DNA of 64,000 nt, from assembly GCA_043228905.1 (NCBI GenBank), contig JBHGNT010000008.1:19654001-19718000 (forward strand). Direction: 5' to 3'. This DNA is from Azolla caroliniana (taxonomy: Eukaryota > Plantae > Polypodiophyta). A program made the translations under genes and the position numbers. Positions 47,701 through 60,400 of the stretch are shown here, in pieces. Under the pieces are notes generated by a model. It was not told where the DNA came from, searched no databases, and worked only from the letters and a program-made list of their open reading frames with translations. Position 1 is the stretch's first letter. Each line of letters opens with the position of its first letter.

Positions 47701-50700
47701 TCACTTCCTCGCCGCCACCTTCCATCTCTTGGGTCTTACATCGGTTCTTGGACGCAATTGCCCAAGTCTCTGGAAAAAGTGTGGAGAAAGTTTTGACACA
47801 TCCATTCGCCATTGACTCGTCCATAACCACCTCTGACTTGATGTCGTTTTCCGTGGCTATCTCCTCAATCATGTCGACCTCATAGTTTTTCTCTCCCTTG
47901 ATCATGCAAGCTTTACTCATGCTTGCACCTTCATCACTTTATGTTTCAGACACGACGCGTTTTCGGAGACATTTGTCGTCGCTTGAAGTTACATTCGCCA
48001 CCCTCAATTCATTGGTTTCTTTCTTCGTCATTCTTTCTTTGCAAGACGAGAAGGCGTCTTGTTCCACATCTTTTCCAGTGATGATGTCATACCGAACTTG
48101 GGCCTTCGTATTGGCCGTAACATTAATCCACATTTGTTGGGAGGCCTCTTTTTCCTCGGTCATCATTTGCTTCAATTCTTGCTCCTTTTGAAGCTTCTCT
48201 TCAGTCTCAACTTGCGCCTTTAAGTTCTTGAATGCCTCTTCCATCAAGACTTCTATGTCGAGTATTGTTGAACCTTCCCTCTTCGAGTTTTCTTCTTTAG
48301 GTGGTAGTTTGTAGTTTCATCCCGTCCTCCTTTCACCATCAGTCATGGGTTGTGTTGTTGCCGATGAGAATCTTGTCTTCCTCTTATCGTGAAGTCGACA
48401 TACTCTTTCCACTTTAGTCCAATCTTCTGTGAGGCCATTTGCACCATCATCATCTTCAAGTCAGATTCCAATGGCATTCCTTTCCTTCTGGTCTATCGAT
48501 TTCACAAACATTAGGACTTTTTCCACCCCCACCAATCTTTGATCTTGCTCCGAGAGTTGTGCAAAGTGACACTCGAACTCAACGAAAGCATGCATGGCAC
48601 CTTGGTGGGTTTTTAATGATGATACCCATTGGTCGAACTCGTATAGTTAGCATCTCTTCGTGTCTTTGTATCTATATGCCTCCATAAGATATCCTCTTGC
48701 CGCCTCGTTTCACGTCAGGTTCACCAAAGATGTCGCGGAAATACGACGAGGATACGCGAACCTGAGGCAGGACCCCAGGGCCTCCGACCAGAGGATAATC
48801 ACATTTGTGCGTTTATATTTTTAACAATTAACGGAAAGAAGAAATTTAATAATTTTCATTAACAAAGGAAAAAGAAATTACAATATGTCCCAAGATTGGG
48901 ATTTAGAAGTTTTACGTTTACTAAGATTAATAGAAAAGAAAAATTAGGGGTTTTCAGAGATATGGCTTCTGTAGGGAAAATTAGGATTAGGTTATATGAG
49001 TATTATGACTTCCGTAGGGAAGATTAGGGTTTTTGAGTGTCATGGCTTCCGTACAGAGTTTTAGGGTTTATGAGAGTTATGGCTTCCCTAAGATAAGGGA
49101 GCTGAGAAGGAAAAAAGAAAAATAATGGAGAGAGAGTGTGCGTAGGAAAAAAATGGAATATATATGGAGTTCCCCGTTAGTCATATGCATGTCTACTTTT
49201 TGTTGCATGGCCTCTACTTTTAGTTGCATAGCTTTTTCTTTTAGTTGCATCTATTTTTAGTTGCATGGTTTTTTCTTTTAGTTGCATGCGACCGTCCACA
49301 TGACCTTTACTTTTTGCATGCACTCCAACTTTAGTTGCTTGCGTCCACATGGCCTTTACTTTAGTTCTCTTCACTTTACTTTAGTTTGTTGCATGATCCA
49401 ATCTTCCGTCCATCTGCGTCCAACCTCGTTCGGTAGACGGTTCCGCCCGGTCACCGAATCCCTCGCCGGCTCTGCCGCCCAATCCGGTTTGCTTACCGAC
49501 CTGTTTCCGGTTTTGCTTGCCGACCCGATTTTCGGTTTTGCTTGCCAGCCCGATTTCTGGTTTTTGGGAACTTAGCCACCATCATCCATCAAGACAAAGT
49601 GGCCAAAGTGCTCTGAACAGAAATGAAAATGAGGGACTCAAGGTGCTTATGTAGCCAGGGCCTTAAGGTTCCTATCTATGTGGGATAAATAATAGTTCTA
49701 TTTTCCCTATCTTCTCAAACATCAATCTTCTATAACATGCCATTAAGCTAATATAAAGTACTTATTTTATTATTTATTATTATTTTTTACATAGTGTGAG
49801 AAGATTCACACGACACCGCGCATCCACCGGTATGCGCCAGACACTAACAATCAACGAAGAAGACCAACCCGTAATCATCCGTCACTTCCCGAATCCTCGT
49901 CTGCTCCGAACCAGTCATCGTCGTAAGTGACGCTTCCCGGGTCCAGCTCGTCCTCATGCAACTTCTTGAATGCCTTGCTCCACTTCCCGGCTACCGACAT
50001 TGTTAATCGCTTCCCGTTGTCATTCCCACTCATTACGACGTAGGGCCCGAACCACCTCCTCGTGAATTTGCGCGTTGCCTTGTGCTGGTTGTCAAGGCTA
50101 CTATCATACACCAACACCCAGTTGCCTTCCTTGATCATCTTGGGCCGCAGCCAGTGCATTCGGTCGAACCGGCCTTTGTTTGTCTCCCTCGCCGCATGCA
50201 GCTTCGACCTTTGCACGCTCCACATCCTCTGGTTTCCGCTTGAGCTGTGGAATTCACGCTGCCAACAACTCCTCCTGGCTCATCTCGTCTCTCCAATCTA
50301 TTGCCGCTTAGGAGGCAATCGTCTGGTCCACCATCATGATAGGCTTATGCCCGTACATAAGCTCCGCTGGTATGAACCCTGTTACCGAATTGTGCGTAGT
50401 TCGGTCCGCCCACAAAGCGTAAGGAAGGAGCTGCGGCCAATTCCCGACCTGTCCATCACACGCGCATACCAGCGCCTTCACGATCAGTCCGTGCCCACGT
50501 TCTACCTTTCCGTTGGCCTCCGGATTGTATGCCGTGGTGAGAGAGAGCTTGACCCCTAGCCGGTCGACCAACTCCTCAGCTTCTTGCGTGTTCAGCTCTC
50601 CTCGGTCCACCATGATCTTCCCTACGCACCCGTACTGGCATACTACCTCTTCGATCAGAAACCGGCACACCGCCGCAGTCGTCTTGTTCTGTAGTGCACG

Positions 50701-51191
50701 ACCCTCCACCTGGTTCGTCAAATCTTCCCGCGCAAGCACCAGGTACCGCATCTGCCCTACCCCCATCGGCATCATCACTAAGTCTACCATCCACTTGAAA
50801 TGGACGGTTGGCGGGTAGGTCGGACTGTGGAGTGCAACTGTGGAGTGCTCATCTCAATGTCAGACTGTGGAGTGCAACTCACAGCTTTCGCAAGTCGTCA
50901 CGAACTAGTACACATCCTGGTACAACCCTGGCCAACAATATTTCTCTTTCAGTTTCTCGAACATGGCCCATGTCTTGCGGTGTCCGGCCCAAGGACTCTC
51001 ATGGTACGCCGTTAACAACTTGTCTTGCTCGTCCTTTCTGACCACTATGCGGAGTGGAACGCTGCCTCACTTCTTTGGGAGCTTCCATATACTTCCATCC
51101 CGTAGGAAGAATCGGTGCACTTTCTTCTAGATCCGGTTAGCCTCCTCTTGGCTCCATGTCGCGTCCGGCATCATTGCCCTCATGAACCTTC
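44799..51191 (-). mobile_element. Gypsy-E (A/C group) 3' part: integrase 51191-49875, PPT, 3' LTR 44799-45537; interrupted by F
   Basis: TGTCGTG..CACGACA termini; same PPT as A and C on minus strand; ORFs 50308-50790 and 49875-50225 homologous to C integrase. Confidence 0.88.
45557..49815 (-). mobile_element. Element F: non-autonomous gag-only derivative of the A/C/E group
   Basis: LTRs 45557-46739 and 48731-49815, 4-bp TSD CCGC, tRNA-Trp PBS 48726-48709, group PPT at 46740-46756; 2-kb interior with gag-like remnant and charged ORFs, no pol. Confidence 0.9.
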
Positions 51192-51471
51192 TGACGAGAA
51201 ATATGCGGAATAATCTCCGGCCACAACCGAAGCGTAGATCACTTGATGACAATCAAACACAGAAGAAATGGGAATGGAGGTAAGTACACAAAACAGAAAG
51301 AGAATACATAGGATATTAACGTGGAAAACCCTAAGAGGGAAAAATGATGGGAGTCCATAGACTCCAAGCTATCACTATGTCAAGTAATACAACAGGGAGC
51401 ACAGAGGCAACGACCTCTTGCTCACAATCTTCTCCTAGTGGCGGTTACAACAGAGACACAATCTCTGTATA

Positions 51472-51509
<38 letters not shown>

Positions 51510-51656
51510 GCACTATGTAGAAGTTACACCAATAACTCTACCATCATATACATTGAGTTTGCCCTAGGTCATATTTATACTAATATGACTTTTGGGCTAT
51601 TTACAAATATAGCCCTAGTGGGCTTTCTGGAACATATTTACATATATGTCCCTTCC
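51192..51656 (-). repeat. Copia-6: truncated LTR related to Copia-1/2 LTRs
   Basis: Shares GCCACAACCGA, GTGGAAAACCC, TATGACTTTTGGGCTATTTACAAATATA with Copia-2 LTRs; fused to the D2 LTR. Confidence 0.85.
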
Positions 51657-53849
51657 ATCCGGATCCGGACCAATCCCAAAAAGGTGCCGGTTGGCACCGT
51701 TTTGTACTTCGCACCGGTGACCTATATAAACGACCGGTTATAATGTAGTCATTAACGGAGAGTAATATAAACCTTTTGTTAATCATTGAGTATTGTTCAT
51801 CGTTCCGTGCTTATTGTATATCTTACGCGTGTTAATGATGTATTGCTAAGTAACCGATTAAGGTCCAATTAAGCGTTGTGTCGTAAGTTATCTCACCGTA
51901 ACACCCTTTGGTGAAGTGTCTTAAATGGACACCCCGTGTTAGGCTGTTGTCCGGCCCTAAGGATTACCATAGTTTTTGGCGACCATGATCCCTACACAAT
52001 CGCAATGAACAGCGGTGGGAATGGATGACTAGGCCAACAGACGACCCGGTTACGGAGAGAGCATGAAGACTTGCTAAACGGCGAAGGCGGCAAGAGACTT
52101 TCCAACAAGCGGCGGAAGAAATCCGATCAGATCGATCATTTTCCAAAGTGATCCGGAAAGTGGTGGAGGAGTCGCTCCGTCTGCAACAAAACGCTTACCC
52201 GGACGAAGGAAGCAGCTTAAGCAGTCTCTGAGAAGTGGAATCCCTTCTCCAGGCCTTGGCGGAAGAGACGGCGAATCCGAAGCGTTTTTGGCGTTGGAAT
52301 CGGATTCGGAAGGGGGTTACAGCGCGCACACGAACTATCACAACAGTAACAACACCCTAGGAGGACCGGAGGACGAGGAGTCAGATACATTACCGACATC
52401 GGAACCAGAATTCTCAGACCAGGAACCTCCGGTACTAGACGTGGAGCAACCTCCGGAGACGGAAGAGGACAAAGAAAGACCTCCGCCACCGGAAGTCAAG
52501 ACGGCAACACCAAAGGAGGACCGGCAAAGACTTCCGACACCGGAAGTCGAGGAGGAGAAGCCGGCAACACCGAAGGAGGAGGAACAAAGACCTCCGACGC
52601 CGACGGAAGAGCGGGAAAGACCACCGACACCGCCAGCCCGCGCACTGACACCGGACGATGACATGTTGTTCCAGTACCCCAAGTATAGGGATGACCCGGA
52701 CGCGGAGGCTCATGTTCACGCTTTTCAACAAACAAGGGAGGCGAACCCTAAACCCTAAACCCTAAACCCTAAACCGCAGCCGAAGAGGAACGATCTAAGA
52801 TAGCCTAATTCGGCGTGACATTGGAAGGACCGGCCGCCAGATGGCACCGGACGCAGGACCCTAGCACCATCACCACCTTTGCGGACCTGAAAGCTAAATT
52901 CTTGCACTTCTTTCAAAAGGAGGTGGATGAGAGAGAAATGGTGGGCCTATTTTATACCATCCAGCAGGACCCTGGGGAGAGCATTCCGCAGTTTGTCATC
53001 CGGTTTCAACGGATGCACAGTCAGCTTACCCGAGCACCTCCGGAGGAAGAAACACGGGCTATATTCTTAGCAGCACTCCGGGAACCTCTACGGACGGTAT
53101 GCACGGTCATCGACTTTCGCACAAGTACCGTCGACCAGGTCATCGATCGGGTTAGAGAAATGGAGAAAACAAGCTCTTGGCTAACAATGGGAGCACTCCA
53201 ACGAGCGTTACCAACTGATGAGGATCTTCGGTTTCAACAGGCCATTAAATACACAACATGCCTAAATGCCGGACACTCAACACTAGAATGTACCATGCAG
53301 TCGCAATGCCTACTGTGCCATTCCAGGAACCACACAATGGAGCAGTGTGAGTACAATTTGTTGAATCGCCAAGCACCACCGGTTCGGCAAATCGAACCAC
53401 GGAGTACCAAGGAGGAGGAAGAAGAGCGTTGGAGGCGAGAAGAGAGATACCGACCAGCACATGATGTCCGGTACAGGGACAACCCTGACCGGTACGATAG
53501 ATATGATCGGTACCGGGATTATAATGGACGGTATGAAAGATACAATCGGGACCAATCCCCCGGTTACAACCAACGACGGGAAGCCTACGACAGACATGAT
53601 GAGCAGCCCTGTCAAGAGTATCGGAACAAAAAGAAACGCTATTTCAAGAAAAGGGGTAACCTACGGGAACCAGAGAAGGGCGCCTCAAGTAGCCAACCGG
53701 ATCAAAGCCCCGCCGTTACCACAGGTCCTCCACCGGGGATAGGAAACAACGCTGAATCCAGCACTACCCGGAAGGCATATTGCTACTATTGCCGACAAGA
53801 AGGACATTAGAGTAATCAATGCCCGACAAAGAGCTATGATAAACGACCG
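51657..53849 (+). mobile_element. gag: D2: Athila-like element fragment: partial 5' LTR (to 51969), PBS TGGCGACCA (51977-51985), gag
   Basis: gag ORFs 52288-52758 and 52815-53810 with CLNAGHSTLEC/CLLCHSRNH and CYYCRQEGH knuckles; close homologue of G gag. Confidence 0.88.
52744..52775 (+). repeat. Interstitial telomeric repeat (CCCTAAA)4 inside D2 gag
   Basis: AACCCTAAACCCTAAACCCTAAACCCTAAACC, absent from the homologous position in G. Confidence 0.95.
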
Positions 53850-54230
53850 TTCACCAAAGGGGTGTTACGGCAACAGGATTAGACTCAACGCTTAATCCGA
53901 CTTAATTAGGTTACTTAGCATGATCGTCTTTAATAATCACACGCGTAAGATATAACAATGAATGTAGAACGGCAATTACACAAAGAGATAACACACTAAG
54001 CTTTATTAATTAACCGCTCTTCATTACATTGTATCCGGGCCTTTAAATAGGTTTCCGGTCTATATTACAAAACGGTGCCATCCGCACCTGTTCGGGATTG
54101 GTCCGGATTCGGAACGGCATACCAATTCCGGTCCGTCCGTCCATACTCATAGCTTAAGTACAACAACATTCCTACTACTTAAATAACTCCCCGTTTCACA
54201 CTCTGGACTCCTTTACCGGCCGGTAACACA

Positions 54231-54247
54231 TGGCACGCCCGTGGGAC
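54231..54247 (+). other. Inverted tRNA-Arg-type PBS at the expected PPT position of G
   Basis: TGGCACGCCCGTGGGAC 2 nt inside the LTR; same 16-mer at 13436 in H. The function is inferred. Confidence 0.7.
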
Positions 54248-54279
54248 AGTACCTTGTACGTCGAAGCCACAACCGACCC

Positions 54280-57041
54280 TTGCTATTCTTCGTCCAAAAT
54301 ATCCAGAATGCTTTGTTCGAGAGTCTCCAATGGTTCATCTGGAATTGGTTGTTGTTGTTGTTGTTGCTCTGTTGATGTCTGCTGCGACGGGTCCGTTGGT
54401 GGTTGTTGCGGCTGCACCTCCGTTTGTTGCTCTGACACCGGATCTCCGTCATTGCTCCCTCCATCGTAGTGGTCTCCGGTTGACTGGTTCCGGGCTGGCC
54501 CTCGGCCGGCGACGGTTCCTCATCACTAAGGTTAACCGTTGCCGCTTCCCGTGCTTTTTCTTCCGGAACCCGGGACCGCTCGTAGCTTTCAAACTGGATT
54601 TGAGCGTCTAGCCTATCATCGTCTAGCTGAGCTACGAGTTGCTGGACCTGCGCCAGCTGTTCATCCGCCAGGACTTGGAAGTCGTCGGCCAGCTCGTCCC
54701 GTATGGCGGTGAAGTCCTCGGAAGTCAACGTATAATAATCATGTCCTTCCTTCCGCCGGTTTGCCACGTCTACCCGTAGCAATTGGAGTTCTGCCGCGTT
54801 TTGTGCCCACTTTGTCCACCATCTTATGGAGCTTTCGTCAATCAAGCGTTTTGTCTGATTCAGCCATGCCCGGAGGATGGACTGAATCCGGCCCGTTTCC
54901 GCCGCTTGTCGTTCCTCCTTCAGTTGCTTGATGATTTTGACGTTGTCCTCCGCCTGCTCCTTGTAATGCGTCAATTGCCTTTGATATGTGCTTTGTAATT
55001 TCTGCAATACCGTTAACGCTCTCTCCTTTTCTTCCTGGTGCTGTCTCTGGAGCTCCATCCGGACCTTCTCCGCCTCGTCCAAGCGTCTTGTATTTTCCGC
55101 ACGTTCCTCGGCGATCGCCGTCGCGGCCCGATCAACTTCCTGGTGGAGCTCGGCCATTCGTTCCTTATGCTCCGTTTCCAGCCATTTGTAGTCCCGGTGC
55201 AGGTGCTCAAAATCATCTGTCTTTTGCTTGAGCCGTGCGTTGATCTGTCGACGGGCCTGGTCCTCGCGGTCCTTCTGTTGGCGGAGCTCTTCCTTTAGTC
55301 GTTCAATTTCCGTTTCTGCCGTCTTCCGCAGCTTGTCCTTTTCCTACAACACTTTGTCTTTTTCCTCCCTTAGCCGGTCGTACGCTTGATGGCCTTTCCG
55401 GAGGCTCTCCTCTGCCCGTCGGAGGTTCTAAGCAGTCTTCTTTAATTCAGCTTCGGCCGCTGTCTTCAATTCCCGTTCACGGCTCCTTAGCGCTTCTTGT
55501 GTGGCAAGTTCATCTCTCAATTCCGCAAGCTCCTGGGCTTGCACCGCATCTCTCGCCGGAACGGTTTCCGTTTCCGGGGTCTTATTGGTATGTACAGGTC
55601 GATCCGTTTCTTTATTCTGTACACTTACCGGAGTCACCGATGATTGGATCTGTGTTGCCGTTAAGGCCATTTTGGCCATCTCTGTCGTGACCTAATCCAA
55701 GTCTTTTTCAAGGCACCGGATTCTTGACCGGGCCGTCTCTAGTTGTTCGGTTGTGACGAGCAACCGTTCGCTTTGCGCTCTTTCTTCCGCCTCAATATAT
55801 CCCAATGCTCCGACAATCTATTCGCCTACCCACCGGAGCCACAAGCTACCGGTGCCTTGTTGTTGCGTTTGCCCGGAGGTTTGACGGATGGGCTCACTTG
55901 TAGATGGGTGGTCCCGCCTGATTGCGCCGAGTTGCAATTCCGTTTCTGCCTGTGGACCACCCTGCTGTCCTGGTTCCCCTTGCGCTTCTTCTTGGCTGGC
56001 CGAGGGAGGCTGCATTGACCTTTCCGGCTCTGGCGGGATGGGACTTGCCGGTATTGCCGGTGGTGCCGGGGCTTCTAATTCCGGTGCCCTACGCACCGGT
56101 TCCGGTTCCTCCCTTGGCGTGGGAGTCTCAGTTTGGGAAGCCAATGTTCCCTCCATCTGAGGGTCCGAACGTTTCCTGGCTGCCTCAACGGTCCTTGCCG
56201 ACGACCGTCGCTGGAGGTGCTCCGTAGGCTCCTCCTCTATTTCCTCTTCCTGAGTCCCAGCATTGAGTTTTGCGGCCAAGGGGTCCGCTTCTCTATTCAC
56301 CGGTCGGTGGAGTGTAACCTTTACGGGCCGTGCCGGTGGTTCCTCCTACGCATCCGTTGCCCGCTTCCGGCTGCCGCTCTCCTTTCCCGCTTGTTCTGCG
56401 TCCGCCACCTTCCCCTTAGTGGCCTTAGAGGCCAATAGCTGTTGTCTTTTGGAAGCCGTCTTTGGGATGCCGTCCGTCACTCTTCCTCGCTTCTTGGGCT
56501 GGACGGGTGGCACAAGCAAGGTGAGCCACTGCGTTACGGCGTGCCATATCCTTCGTCCGTCTTGGCCTTCTTTGCCATCTTTGCCTCTAACGATCTCGAT
56601 CACCGAATACAACCCATCTGCGATCAATACTAGCCAATCCACCTTGATACCTTCATAGGTGGCGATGATCATCCTTGCCCGGTTTTGCGGCATGATAGGG
56701 GGTCTAGGGTACGCATGGCCGTATTCGTGGAGCACACGAGCAATCTCGCGGAACAGCATATCTCCGCCGCCCTGTGTCCGGTAGCCCTTGCTGGCTAGGG
56801 AGTAATCACCAAAATACCTGATGAGTTGCTCCGGGGTCAGATTGTCAATCGTGAGTATGCCTCCCTCCGGAAGGCCTGTTAACGCTCGAATCGCCTCCTC
56901 CGTTATGACCTCTGTGTCGATTTCCTTGATCACCTTGTCAGCTTCTTTGTGTGGCGGTACTTCCATCATCATCAAGAAGCCCTCGAGCCCGTGTTGCTTT
57001 AGCCATGTCTTGGCGGCCTCCGGAAGCGTTTGTGGGTCCAT
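54280..57041 (-). pseudogene. G extra ORF (env-like position): globular N-terminus, Pro/Glu-rich linker, long coiled coil
   Basis: ORFs 56346-57194, 55818-56300, 55428-55679 and 54213-55157 are all in one frame, separated by single stops. Confidence 0.75.
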
Positions 57042-57419
57042 GTCTGTGTCGAGGTTGGATTGCGGTGGCGAGGTTGGACGGTGATGAGAGTGAGATTGAA
57101 AGAGAGAGAGTTCAGATAGCGGGGTTCTCTGTGCGTAGGTTCTCATCTGATGATCTTGCAGCGCCTTGGTGCTTCTGTGCTCCTGGGTTCTCAAAAGTAG
57201 AGGGTTTCCACGCGCAGTGGTTTTTCTCTGTGCATTCTGGCGCCTTTTTCGAGTGTGTGCACGTCGTGTACTAAAATAGCATTATGCCCTATGGTGGCGC
57301 TTTAAATGCCCACTACGTACCTTTTCGCTCCTCGCTCTTTCGTCCATTCATTCCTCTCTTTTGCATGATTACCTCGTTTTTGTTTTTTTTTCATTATTAT
57401 TATTATTATTAGTGTGACG

Positions 57420-60400
57420 TTACTTGTCCGTTGGTCCTCTTGGACCCTTACCGGCCTCATTCTCCCCAGTTACTGGCTCGCTGTCTCTGCTGTCTTGGTG
57501 GTTGCTGTTTCCCTCATCGGTGTCTGTCCTTTGCTCAAATGGGTTCTTAGGCATCAGTCCTCTATATGGCTTCAATTGGAATCCGTTGACCCATTTGCCT
57601 AGCACTTCGCCGGCAAGTGTCCCTAACTGGTAGGACCCATTATACTCACGTGTTAGCCAATACGGTCTGGTCCATCTAAACCGTAGTTTACCCGGCATCT
57701 TGCCCATCCGGGTCTGAAATACTAACACCGGTTTGCCGATTGCGAACATTTTTTCGTTTCCTTTCCTGTGCCGGTCGACAAATGATTTCCGTCGCCGTTG
57801 CTCCAATTCTAAGTGCAGGATGCTTGCCAGTCATTGTTCCTCGAGTTCACACAACGCTGTTAACCGTATTGCCTCCGACTCCTTCTCGTTCAGCCGTTCC
57901 CGTAGCTGGATCCGTAAGCTGGGTACTTGGAATTCCACCGGCATTACCGCCTCTAGTCCGAACGCTAACCGGAACGGTGTTGTTCGGATGCTCGTTTTGT
58001 ATGCCGTCCGGTATGCCCAAAGCGTGCTATGTAGCTTGGTATCCCAATCCGTTCGGTTTTCGTTGACAATCTTTCGGAGGATATTCTGGAGCGTTTTGTT
58101 CGTTGATTCCGCTAACCCGTTCGCTTGCGGATAGTAAGGTGTGCTTCGTTTATGGACAACGGCATAGACTGTCGTCAGGCTTTCAACTACTTGGCCGAGA
58201 AAGAGCCCCCCTTGGTCGCTTATTAATTCAATTTGGCATCCGTAACGGCACCAGATGTACTCGTATAGAAATTTCGTCGTTGACGCAGCGGTGTTGTCTC
58301 TTAAGGCTTTGGCCTCCACCCATTTCGTGCAGTAATCCGTCGCGACGATGACGTACCGATTACCTGTTCTCATTGCTGGTGGTTTGAACGGTCCAACAAA
58401 GTCCAGCCCCCACTTCTGGAATGGCTCGAGTGGTAGTACCGGCTGGTGTGGCATACGAGCCTGCTCCGTTGGCTGGCCCATTGGCTGGCATAGGTCACAT
58501 TCTTTTGCGTACCGTACCGCATCTCTTAATGTCATTGGCCACCATAGGCCACTTTGCCATATTTTCCTAGTCGTCGCATCTCCGGCATAGTGACCTCCGG
58601 CAACTCCACAGTGAGCTTCCCTCAGTATCAGGTCCTTTTCATCGCTGCGCACAGCCCGTCTCCATATGCCGTCCGCGCCCTTGTGGTAAAGTGTGTCTTG
58701 CAGTAAGCAGAAATGTCGGCTTTGCACCACTAGGCGTTTCCGTTCGTCCCGGTTCATCTCTCCAGGAGGCAGTCCTGTGCTCAGAAACTGGTGCATGTTT
58801 GTGAGCCACTTGTCTTCCTGTGCCACTGTCTCATCTGCTGCCATTTCCGTAGTGACTCGAAATAGCTCGGCATCCGGAAACTCATCGGCTACTCCGTCAC
58901 CCGTCTCTCCGAACTCTAATCGGCTTAAGTAATCCGCCACGGCATGCTGTATACCGGGTCGGTGGAATATTTCAAACTCAAATTCCTATAACAGTAAGGT
59001 CCACCGGGCCAATTTGCCGATGAGTGATGCTTTGGATATCAGGTAAAGGAGTGTCGAATGATCTACATGGAAGGAAAACTTCCTTCCCAATAAATAATGC
59101 CGAAACTTTGTCACACTGTAGATCATCCCTAGAGCTTCCCGTTCCGTGGTAGAGTAGTTCCGTTCTGCTTGGGATAGCTTTTGGCTAGCATAGTACACTG
59201 GCCGGTACCACTTTGGCTCCGTAAGCTGCATCAGTACGCTGCCGATTGCGATGTCAGAGGCATCCACGAATACATGAAATTCTTTACTCCAATCTAGAGG
59301 CTGCAGTACCGGTGCTTGCGACAATAGTACCTTGAGGGCCCTATACGCCCTATCCTCGGTGTCGGTCCACTGGAATGGTGTCCGATGTACGGCGGCATGC
59401 AACGGTGTAGCCAGGTCGGCCAAGTATCAGAGCATCCGGCTATGCCACCGGATCTGGCCTAAGAACCGGCTTAATGCCTTTGTCGTTGCCGGCACCGGTG
59501 CTTCTAATATGGCTTTCACTTTGTCCAGGTCGACTGCAATACCTTCCTGGATCACAATATGTCCTAATAGAGTTCCACTGGACACGCCAAATACACACTT
59601 TGCCGGATTCAAGCTTAGCCGGTACGCTCTACACTTTTCTAGACAAAGACGGAGGTGCTGAAAATGGTCCTCCTCCCGGCTATAGACGGCGAAATCGTCA
59701 AGGAAAACCTGCATAAAAGCTGGAATATATTCACCAAAGATTTCCATGATGATTCGTTGAAATGTTGCCGGTGCCATTTTGAGTCCGAACATCATCACCA
59801 CGGCCACAAACACCCCCCATTCGGTGACGAAAACCGTTTTCTCTTGGTCTTCAGGGTGCATCCGGATCTGACTATACCCGCTGAATCCGTCTAGGCAGCT
59901 ATAGACCTCATGGCCGGCGACGGCATCCAACACTCATCTGTGAACGGAAGTGGAAATGCATCCGTTACCGTAGCTGCATTGAGTTTCCGGTAGTCCACAC
60001 AAACTCGAATTTTTCCGTTCTTCTTCAGTACGACTACGATCGGGCTCAGCCATGTCGCTTTCTTTACCGGACGGATAAAGCCAACTCTTAGCAATTTGTC
60101 CATCACTGTCGGGCAGTTCTTTCCCTTTTACAATGGCAGTGATTACCGGACTGTTGGTGTCCACCACTGTTGGTCCCTCCTCCGGATTGAAGAAGAGTAC
60201 CGGTGCCGGTGATGATTCTCCTACCGTCATGGCCGTCTTCAGTCCTTCCGTGAATCTTGGCACGAGTTGTAGGAGTCTTCCTAGTGGCAGAGTAATCTGG
60301 CATTCTTGCAACGCCTGCCATGTCTCGTTCTCGGAGTGACTGCCGCCGGCAAGCCCTACGGTGTTCTCCTTTTGCCACTGTAAGTCTGTGACATTCTGCT

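Noticed and set aside
54213-55157. Host SMC/myosin-like coiled-coil gene
   Set aside because: Lies between the G LTRs, in frame with the rest of the extra ORF, with no introns or ATPase motifs.
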